Below are positions 44,514 through 53,600 of a DNA stretch of 64,000 nt, in pieces; position 1 is the first letter of the stretch; every line of letters starts with the position of its first letter. The DNA lies in the NCBI GenBank assembly GCA_024346625.1, contig AP024666.1, positions 1,674,001 through 1,738,000 on the forward strand. The letters are read 5' to 3'. The notes under the pieces were generated by a model that saw only the letters and a program-made list of their open reading frames with translations, had not been told where the DNA came from and ran no database searches. The DNA comes from Williopsis jadinii. Its lineage: Eukaryota. The position numbers and the translations under genes are program-made.

Positions 44514-47039
44514 TTAAACAAAATCTTTGGACAAGAGACCCAGCTTGGACATTCTCACCTTCACAGCGTTTCTGTGAGCGTCGAGGCCTTCACATTTGGC
44601 CAAGCTCATAACAGCATGGCCAATATACTTGAGACCTTCTTCAGAGACGTATTGAGCAGTCAAGTGCTTTTGGAACGTGGATGTGTTCACACCAGAGTAT
44701 TGTCTAGCGTAACCGTAGGTTGGCAACGTGTGGTTGGTACCTGATGAGTAGTCACCACATGACTCTGGTGAGTAAGCACCGACAAATACAGAACCAGCGT
44801 GATCAACGAGTGGGACATAGGAGGCTGCATCCTTGATTTGAAGGATCAAGTGCTCTGGAGCATATTGGTTGGAGAGTCTGAGTGCCTCTTCATAGGTCTT
44901 GACGAGCAAAGTGGTGGAGTGCTTGATGCACTTGCGAACAATCTCCACCCTTGGGAGCTCCAAAGCTTGACGGTGCAAGGAGTCTTCGATGGCCTTGAGC
45001 GATTCCGGTGTCAAGCCAACACCAATGAGAATGACTTGGGAATCGACACCATGCTCGGCTTGTGAGAGGAGATCAGAAGCAACAAAGTCTGGATCAGCTT
45101 CGTTATCCGCAATGACCAACACTTCAGATGGACCGGCTGGCATATCAATGGAACAGAGGGCACTGGTATCGTTCTGAACGTACATCTTAGCGGCAGTAAC
45201 GAATTGGTTACCTGGACCAAGAATCTTATCAACCTTTGGCACGGATTCAGTACCATATGCCATAGCTGCGACAGCTTGAGCACCACCAGCAAGGACGATA
45301 CCTTGGGCACCAATCTTGTGTGCAACGTAGACAACTTCAGGAGATAAGGAGCCATCTCTTCTTGGTGGTGTAGCAAGAATGATGTTCTTACAACCAGCAA
45401 CCTGTGCTGGAACACCAAGCATGATGGCGGTGGATGGCAACACTGCTGTACCACCTGGAACATACAAACCAACAGAGTCAATTGGTCTAGCGAAACGAGA
45501 ACAAACAACACCTGGCTTGGTTTCCACGTTCATGGTTTCCTTATCCATCTGAGCAGCGTGGAACTTCTCAACGTTATCAATGGATAAATCGATAGCGTCT
45601 TTCAGTTCATCGCTAATGGCATACAACTTTGGATCAAATGGTGCCTTGAGCAACGGCGATTCCACAGTGACACCGTCAAATTTAGCAGTGAGCTCGATAA
45701 GTGCAGCATCACCTCTAGAACGCACAGCGTCGATAATTGGGTTAACAAGTTTCATGATATCGCTTGTTGATTGGACAGGTCTTTCAAGGACCTTGGCAAC
45801 TTCATCCGGAGAGGCAGTTGCGGTATCAAGGACACCCATAAGGATCTTCTCATCCTTTGGAGCTTCTTCAACCTTTGGTGCCTCCTTAGCTTGAGGAGTG
45901 GCCTCCTTGATGAACTTTGGCTTAGCATCACCTTTTCTTCTTGTGATCTTCAAGCCCTTCAAGTCCAAGTTCTTCTCAATATCGGCGATGGAAACACCGT
46001 TCTTGACACATCTTGTCAAGGCAAAGTAGAAGAGATCAGCACACTCCCAAGCGATCTCATCCTTTGTAGTAGCCTCGGTCAACTCCTCGGCTTCCTCCTT
46101 GATCTTTGCAACGAGCAATGCTTCATCAGTAAAGAGTCTCTTTGTGTAGGAGCCTTCTGGTGCATTGGCTAATCTGTGTTGCAAGGTCTTCTCCAATCTT
46201 GTCAGGCCACCAACGTTACCGAAACAAGAATCAGTTTCCAAGTGGCAGAATCCAGTGCCAGCTTGCTTGACGACAAATTTGATACAGTCACCATCACAGT
46301 CCTTATCCAAGGACACCAACTCTTGTGTAGCACCAGAAGTGGCACCTTTGTACCATAGACCGTGACGTCTAGACTGATAAACACCAGCTTTAACTCTAAT
46401 GGCCTCTGCAATGGATTCCTTTGAAGAGTACACTAGACCTAAAGAGTGATTATAAACATCAGTCACCAGAGTTGTGTACAGCCCATCAGCTCTGTCAGTG
46501 GTCAATGAACTGATAAACAAATCGGCAACATTGACTTTACCATTCTCTTTAGAAACAGTAAGCTTATCAGATTCGATGATTGGGATGAGCTGCGCAGAGA
46601 CGAGTGAGTTCACAACAACAGGGGAGACATCACCTTCAACGCTAACATACACGGTTTTAGAACCGTTATCACCAAAGGATTTCAAATCACCTAATGGCAA
46701 TGACGAGGAGAGGACATACGAACCAGCTGGATACTCGGAGTTGTTCTCAATCTTGGACAATTGAACAGCGATTCTTGAAGAAGGAACTCCAGCATCAACC
46801 AATTCCTTGTACTGCTCCTCAGTGGCAAAGATCTCGGCAACACCACTGTTAAGCAGATCAATGACAGTTTGAACGTCAAAGGAGGTCAATTGGACCAAGG
46901 TAACACCAGTCTGAACAGAGATATTCTTGTAGTCATCAACACTGGACACTTCGAACAAGGCACTTCCAACAACGGAAAGGGCCTTGATTTGTTCTTCAGG
47001 AGCACTGGATTTGAAAGATGGAAGCACTGGAAATGGCAT
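44514..47039 (-). CDS. HIS4: Trifunctional histidine biosynthesis protein (PR-AMP cyclohydrolase, PR-ATP pyrophosphatase, histidinol dehydrogenase)
   Basis: ATG at 47039. Motifs LWYKGATSG, DCDGD, GFCH, GSYTKRLF, GLYVPGG, DMPAGPSE, APEHL and GDYSSGTNHTLPT. Confidence 0.97.
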   Translation of the reverse strand: MPFPVLPSFKSSAPEEQIKALSVVGSALFEVSSVDDYKNISVQTGVTLVQLTSFDVQTVIDLLNSGVAEIFATEEQYKELVDAGVPSSRIAVQLSKIENNSEYPAGSYVLSSSLPLGDLKSFGDNGSKTVYVSVEGDVSPVVVNSLVSAQLIPIIESDKLTVSKENGKVNVADLFISSLTTDRADGLYTTLVTDVYNHSLGLVYSSKESIAEAIRVKAGVYQSRRHGLWYKGATSGATQELVSLDKDCDGDCIKFVVKQAGTGFCHLETDSCFGNVGGLTRLEKTLQHRLANAPEGSYTKRLFTDEALLVAKIKEEAEELTEATTKDEIAWECADLFYFALTRCVKNGVSIADIEKNLDLKGLKITRRKGDAKPKFIKEATPQAKEAPKVEEAPKDEKILMGVLDTATASPDEVAKVLERPVQSTSDIMKLVNPIIDAVRSRGDAALIELTAKFDGVTVESPLLKAPFDPKLYAISDELKDAIDLSIDNVEKFHAAQMDKETMNVETKPGVVCSRFARPIDSVGLYVPGGTAVLPSTAIMLGVPAQVAGCKNIILATPPRRDGSLSPEVVYVAHKIGAQGIVLAGGAQAVAAMAYGTESVPKVDKILGPGNQFVTAAKMYVQNDTSALCSIDMPAGPSEVLVIADNEADPDFVASDLLSQAEHGVDSQVILIGVGLTPESLKAIEDSLHRQALELPRVEIVRKCIKHSTTLLVKTYEEALRLSNQYAPEHLILQIKDAASYVPLVDHAGSVFVGAYSPESCGDYSSGTNHTLPTYGYARQYSGVNTSTFQKHLTAQYVSEEGLKYIGHAVMSLAKCEGLDAHRNAVKVRMSKLGLLSKDFV

Positions 47040-47162
47040 CTCTCTTTCTATTTCAATAACAGACAATGGACAGTTTCGAAAGCTTTATCAAGCACGAAGA
47101 GAAAATGTTGAAGGTCATAAACATTTTAAGTGAAAAAAAAAAGTTCTCAACCCCGGGTTGTC

Positions 47163-47189
47163 TGACTCATTTTCACCCGTAATTACCCG
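47163..47189. promoter_or_regulatory. Gcn4 site (TGACTCA) and Reb1 site (TTACCCG) in the HIS4 promoter
   Basis: TGACTCA at 47163-47169 and TTACCCG at 47183-47189, ~125-150 bp upstream of the HIS4 ATG. Confidence 0.75.
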
Positions 47190-47274
47190 ATCAGGGAAAT
47201 CGACTAATTAAGAAAAATGCTTACGTAATCATGGAGGACATATGCAGAGATGCCTGTATGTACTTTTAACCACT

Positions 47275-49809
47275 TCAAAACACATCATTCTCAAAGGGAC
47301 AATCAATGCTATCGTGTCCGTGCCTTTCACACAAACCACACCATTGCTTGCGTCCGTTTGCTGGGTCCTTTTTCTCGGGAACGTAGACTTGTAGAGCTCC
47401 ATCTATAACTTGGGAGATAATACTTGGTCTCTTTTCACCAATGTTTGTGTTGTGGGATGAATCTTCACTTGAAGATGACCCACTTCTTTGGTTAATGTTT
47501 CTGAGCAGGGGCGATTCAAGAACAGGTGTAGACGGGTTACTCTGTTTCAGCTGGGTTTTCAACTGATAAATCTCCTTATCCTTGGTCTTACGATCAGACA
47601 GACGTAGTTGACCAAGTAGCTCTAGTTCGGATTTCAACTCTTGAACTTCCTCTGTAGTTGGACGGTGTAAGAGTTCCTTTTGGAGGAGTTGGATCTGCTC
47701 TGAAAGTTCTTTGTTTGTGGTTTGCTTATTCATCTGTTTCCAAGTCTCCAGCTCTTTACGAAGCTTCTCGACTTCGACAGAATGGTCGGTGGATTTAAGC
47801 TCTGCTAATTCCTCCTTTAACAGCTCGACTTCGAGTATCTTTTCCTCCAAAGCAATATTTTCACTGGATTTAGTAGTCACTGGTGAGCTCAGTTGAGTCA
47901 GTTGACTCTCCAATTGTCTGATTTGTTCATCCTTTGAGACAAGGTCACCCTCAAGCCGTTGGGTTGTAGCTTCTAACGCTACTACTCGTTCCTTTTCAAT
48001 GAGATTCATACATAGCTTCTCCTTTAACACTTCAATTTCCTCTTTTGCGCTATCTAACTGAGAGTGCTCCACTTGTGTTGATTTGACCAACAATTCTTTC
48101 TCCTCAAGAGTCTTCTTAGATTCAGACAATTGTTTTTCAAGTTCTAAGATCTTTTCTTCAAGAGCCTTAGACTTGTCTGCTTCTTGTACTTCAAGTTGTA
48201 ATTTCTCATTGGCCATTTGGTCTTCTTTCAACTTATTCAGCTGTGATGATAGGTTATCTATTTGAATGTCCTTCTCGTTCAATTCAGTTTTCAGCCTTTC
48301 TAGTTCGTCATCACTATTTCCCTTAGCGTCATCACTTGGTGCGTTCTGAAGTTCCTCTATCAGAGACCTTAGATCTGCAATAACGTTATCCTTGTTCTCC
48401 AATTTGAATTCAAGCTCTTGAACCTTATCGTTGACAGTGATAATCGTTAATTGTTTTTCCAAATCTTTGATTTTCTTGGTTAAAGTTGAGACTTCCCTCT
48501 TGTGGTCATCTTCTATAGTTTTATTGGCAGACGAATTTGAAAGCTCAGCACGTAACTCGTCGAGTTGTTTATCCCTTTCATCAATTTTCTCTTTCAACGA
48601 CTCATGTAGCTTGACATATTCTTCCAATTTGGAGTCTAAGCTTCCCTTATCATTGATGTAGTTTTCTTTCAAAGCTAAATTGTTTTTGTTCAGTAGGTCT
48701 AGCTTCTCCTCTTTTTCAGAGACATCTCTTCTTAAATGCTCAATGGCCTTCACTTGCGTCAGGTTTGTCAATTTCAAATTTTCAACTTCTGATCGAAGTT
48801 TATTTAACTGTTCATCACCGCAGATTTGAGAAGAATTCTTCTGTTTCTCATAGAGTGTTTGTAAATCTTTCAACTTGAGCTGTAAATCATCTATGATCTC
48901 CTGTTTCTGTGAAAGTTCATCCTGCAATTTCTTCATTTCACTCACATAGAGTCTTTCATTGTCATTCACCTGGGCCTCAACTTGATCAATAACCTCCAGG
49001 AGTTCTCTTCTCTGTGTCTCATAAACCCTTCTTTGATTTACGAGTTTATCCTCGGAAACTCTTGCACGCTCATGCGCTTCTTCAACGATTTTAGTTGTCT
49101 CATGGTAACTCTTTTGTAGCTCTTCAAGCAACTCGTTGTTCTTATCCAAAGAGTTCTGAGTTTCTTGTAGTCTATGTCTAAGTTCAAGCGTTTCCTTGAG
49201 TAAATTGTCACGTTCAGTCTCAATGATAATCTTCGATTGAGTTATTCTCTGTATTTCACTATCTGTCTTCTGTTGTGATGATGGCGACATCACTGATATT
49301 GGTGACATTTTCTTCACACTTGAGCGGTTTGAAGTCTTAATGGTCAGAGGGGGCGTGGAATTATGTGCTCTGCCATTCACAGGAGAAGTGAGAGTGGAAC
49401 GCCTCATTGAAGGAGTTCCATTGAGAACAGACAACCTTGGGTTTCCCTTTGAGTGCGATCTCTTCAAATCCTCAGAGATGAACGGGGAAGGAATCGCACT
49501 CAGCCGTCTATTCTCCTTGCCACTCTGTGGCAACGAGTTTCTCAACTTGTCAAGGGGCATAAACAACCCAGAGCACGGTATCTTTGTGGTGAAGTACTGG
49601 TCACCTTGGAAGTCACCGCTATTCTTACCCATCTGTGGCTTTTCCACGAGTTCTAGCCCCGCAAAGATACCATTCTTGCCCTTGACTGGACCAACGTAGC
49701 GTAGAATCGTCTTACCTGTGGAAGGTAACGTTACTGTAGCGCCAACAGAAAGCTCGGAATGTCTAAACAGTGGCGTAGGCGTACTTGGTGCCTCAGAGTA
49801 CCGTCTCAT
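47275..49809 (-). CDS. BIK1: CLIP-170-like microtubule plus-end protein
   Basis: N-terminal CAP-Gly domain (LRYVGPV.GK.GIFAGLEL...GKNSG), long coiled coil, C-terminal CCHC knuckle (WCGLCERHGHDSIDCP). Adjacent to HIS4. Confidence 0.92.
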   Translation of the reverse strand: MRRYSEAPSTPTPLFRHSELSVGATVTLPSTGKTILRYVGPVKGKNGIFAGLELVEKPQMGKNSGDFQGDQYFTTKIPCSGLFMPLDKLRNSLPQSGKENRRLSAIPSPFISEDLKRSHSKGNPRLSVLNGTPSMRRSTLTSPVNGRAHNSTPPLTIKTSNRSSVKKMSPISVMSPSSQQKTDSEIQRITQSKIIIETERDNLLKETLELRHRLQETQNSLDKNNELLEELQKSYHETTKIVEEAHERARVSEDKLVNQRRVYETQRRELLEVIDQVEAQVNDNERLYVSEMKKLQDELSQKQEIIDDLQLKLKDLQTLYEKQKNSSQICGDEQLNKLRSEVENLKLTNLTQVKAIEHLRRDVSEKEEKLDLLNKNNLALKENYINDKGSLDSKLEEYVKLHESLKEKIDERDKQLDELRAELSNSSANKTIEDDHKREVSTLTKKIKDLEKQLTIITVNDKVQELEFKLENKDNVIADLRSLIEELQNAPSDDAKGNSDDELERLKTELNEKDIQIDNLSSQLNKLKEDQMANEKLQLEVQEADKSKALEEKILELEKQLSESKKTLEEKELLVKSTQVEHSQLDSAKEEIEVLKEKLCMNLIEKERVVALEATTQRLEGDLVSKDEQIRQLESQLTQLSSPVTTKSSENIALEEKILEVELLKEELAELKSTDHSVEVEKLRKELETWKQMNKQTTNKELSEQIQLLQKELLHRPTTEEVQELKSELELLGQLRLSDRKTKDKEIYQLKTQLKQSNPSTPVLESPLLRNINQRSGSSSSEDSSHNTNIGEKRPSIISQVIDGALQVYVPEKKDPANGRKQWCGLCERHGHDSIDCPFENDVF

Positions 49810-50310
49810 TCTTCAAAATCCAGGGGAAGATAACAGGCCGTGTTTAAATTCTCAAAGCGGTTAAACCAATTGATGCGCTTCAGAAGAACAGTAAATGATT
49901 CCTTGTAGCAGCGGAAAGCTCTTTGCAATGTGCAAAATGAACGCGAATGTTGATGTTTTTGTTATTGTTTGTTGGTGTTTTTGTTTTGTTTTCGTTTTTG
50001 TGTATTTTTCAAAATTCCTCTGCTCTGCCTGGAATGTTGTCGGGGTTACCACGCGTTTAGCGTGTCGGTGTGCATTTCCAGTTGAAACGCTTTCTTCAGA
50101 CTGGAGAGAATTTATGCACAATGGGAGCTGAAAAGGTGGAAATTGAGCATGGAGACAGCTTCAAAGGTGCTTAAGTTAACATGATCTAAGCTTATTATAG
50201 AGAAATTGAAATGATTAACCATGAAACAGGAAATGGAAAGCTACCAATTATGTATGCAATTATAACAATTCTGAGTGTAAATAAGAGCATATAACGACAA
50301 ACAAGAAACA

Positions 50311-50382
50311 TCCGTGATAGTTTAGTGGCTAGAATTACCGCTTGTCGCGTGGTAGACCGGGGTTCAATTCCCCGTCGCGGAG
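50311..50382 (+). tRNA. tRNA-Asp (GTC)
   Basis: TCCGTGATAGTTTAGTGGCTAGAATTACCGCTTGTCGCGTGGTAGACCGGGGTTCAATTCCCCGTCGCGGAG, anticodon GTC, followed by a T7 Pol III terminator. Confidence 0.96.
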
Positions 50383-50635
50383 TATTTTTTTCCAGCGCCA
50401 AAATATAGGTCACGTGATACACAATCACTTCAAACTTTCGTGTGGTCAGCTCATTAGCGAGGTTTGCCTCTTCACTATAGCCCCATTCTCTGTAAATACT
50501 GACCAGGATCTTGCCAATTGGCCATTGTGGTCTGAATTTACCCAGAAACACCGACTTCTTCCCACCAATTGGAAGCATAGTGAAATTTTGAAGTAGAAAT
50601 CACTGCTCGTATTGAAACCTCATTGACTATTAGAA

Positions 50636-53600
50636 TGATACTTATAAAAATAGCAAACCCCCCTTCAAATTTCCCCAAATTATACCACAATGTAGTGCTT
50701 ACTCAAATTAAGAGATATACAAAGTATGATCATGTTACCTTCAATACTTTCTGAGATATAACCATTCATAGTTTGTATGGTATAATCAAGAAAAACACAT
50801 AAATTTGCTTATATCTCAGCAACAAAACAAAAATTGAGAAAACTGACGAGGAAAACAAAAGAACATATCCATATCATCATATATGCTAACTTTGAACTTG
50901 ATTGGATCAATGGTTGTTTTACAATAAATCACAACGTTTTGCATTACATATGTAATTCTGATTCTTCGTTGCCTCAGCAATCGTAAAAAATGTTAGGATT
51001 TTTCTAATTTCCGCTGCATTGTTTACATTCTGAATTCTTATCAACACAAAAATGACACAAAACCAGTACAGCTTTATACACAGAATTAAGAATATCACAG
51101 AACAATGGCCAAGAACAAAAGGTTGAACAATAAAGGCAAGAATCCCAGAGGGCGTCCAAGAAAGATTCAGAGGACTCTTACTGGGGCCATCCGACGGCGT
51201 CCTCAACCTGAAGAAGAAACATCAGCGGCTAATCCAGAACCACAGCGGCAAGCTCAAACGAATGGAGGTACGACACAACCAGAAGACCCATTAATCATTG
51301 AGACAGACTAACTGACCTGTTATGAGAACAAGATATGGGACCAAGAAACCTCCAAGTTCTGTCACAGAATACCCATGCAGAGATCACAGACTTGCCACAA
51401 CAGCCGCTAATACCTGAACCTGAACTAGATAATGGAACTATGGCCGATAGAATAAGAGATAGGCGAAGAAACGCAGCACAGGTGGCAGAAAGAGCGTTAG
51501 AAGAAATTAGACGTGATGGTGCCTTTGATTATGATCCCAACTTTGAATACATCATTGAGGATGACACCAACGGTTTTAATGAGAATGATGATCCAGTTTA
51601 TGAACAACAACAACAGCGGAGACCACGGAGACCGCAGAACTCAGTTTATAATCCAGGTGGCCTTGAAAAGTGTTGCGATTATTGTCATGCTCTCCTTATC
51701 GATACTGAATTACCATCTTTTTGTTGTGATAGGGGGAAAGTTTTACTCGGTGAGATATTCAAAGAACCTCCACAGTACATGAAGGATATCTTATTGGATC
51801 CAATCACGTCCAAATATTCTCGAACAATCAACACAATTCTTTCGCTATCATCTTTGGGCTCTAATAGTACTGGTGATTCGAGAGGTGGAACTTATTCAAT
51901 GACCATCAACGGACGTTTATTCCATAGAGTTGATGGTATGATAGCTCAAGAAAATGGTCAAGAGAAATTTGCAGAAATTTATACACTAGATCCAGGATTA
52001 GCTACAAATCGTCATCTTGAATTGCTTAGAGGTGTTCTTCAAAACGATGAAGAATATAATAAACTTGAGGACTACATTAGCAAAATTGGTGAATTTCTAT
52101 CTCAAAACAATCGTTATGCACAGCTGTTATATACCGCTAGAGAAATTGTTCAACAGGAGATTACAGAGATGGGATTAACAAGAGAGGAGACTGTGGTTGA
52201 ATTTGCCAATATTGAGCCAACAGCACCAACAAATTCAGAAGATCGTACTTCTCTATTACCAGAGGTTAAAGAGTTTGCCTTGGTGCGCAGAAGTATAACA
52301 GCAGAACATACTTCAATTTCAGTACGTATAAAGGAAAAATCTACAGGTCGATTCACTTTTATCAATACTACGTGCAAGTGTTTTTTACCCTTGAGATTCC
52401 CTCTTTTGTTCTTATACGGTGAAGATGGTTGGTGGCCCGGTTTAAAATTGTCTAGAGAGGATGGAAGATCACAGAAGGGAACAATTTCACTACCCCAATG
52501 GTGTCGCTACGTTATTCAAAGAAGAGAAAATGAATGGAACCCAGTACATATCTTGGATAATCTCGCTGAGGAATTCTACCTGACAACTGCTATAATGATT
52601 GATCAACAAAGTATGGATTATTATCGTCGTCAACAACACAAAAATAGAATGATTGATGCACGTCATACAGGAACGGAACAGGAAGTTGAAGAGAACTCAT
52701 ACCCAACAATTGCACCGCCAAACCATTTCGGAACTGTTCGATACTTCAAAGCCAAATTCCAAGATCTGATGACCATATTCACTCAAGATGATGCACCTTC
52801 AATTTTCCTAACATTTACCGCAAATCCAAAGGCACCATCGTTGTACAAGTTGGTTCCACAAGAGTTCTCCAACAAAAAGAATCATGACTTGGTTTCAAGA
52901 ATCTTTTTAGACCAAGTTCGAGACCTTATAGAATACCTCCCAATAGTGTTCAAGAGGAAAGTTGTCAAGATTGTTTACATTACAGAGTTCCAAAAGAGAG
53001 GATTGCCACACATTCATTGCGTTATTGGATTCGACCCTGAAGATGGTGAAATAACCGCAGAAGTTGTTGACGAATGGATCAAGGCCACAATTCCAAGTCA
53101 AGAAAACCCAGAACTTAGAGCATTGGTTCAAAAATTCATGATACATCAACATCGTATCTGTGTTGACGAAACTGGGAAATGTAAAAAGGGATTCCCAAGA
53201 AAGACTCAAGACACTACTACTGTTAGTGTATTGGGTAGATACCAGTACAAAAGAGCACAAGGTGATACCTATGTGGTCCCATATAATGAAGAATTGCTAC
53301 AGAGATACAAATCCCACATCAATTTGGATGTGGTTACTACAAAGGGCGTTGTCTCATATCTTTTCAAGTACATGACAAAGGGAAGTGATACAATAGACAT
53401 CCAAGCTTCTTCCACAGAGGAAAATAATCTAATAACGGAAACAAATCGTGTCGATGAAATCAAGGTTTATGAAAAGAATAGATATATCAGTGGTTCTGAG
53501 GGTGTTCATCGACTATTGGCCAAGCATCTCTATTATGCGAAACCATGTGTCAATCTATTGAAAATTACATCTCCAAATGAAAACATCATCAGATTTAACG

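Noticed and set aside
50409..50416. GTCACGTG as CDEI of a point centromere
   Set aside because: Not followed by a highly AT-rich CDEII or a CDEIII motif. Similar Cbf1-type sites occur in ordinary promoters here (15692, 62936).
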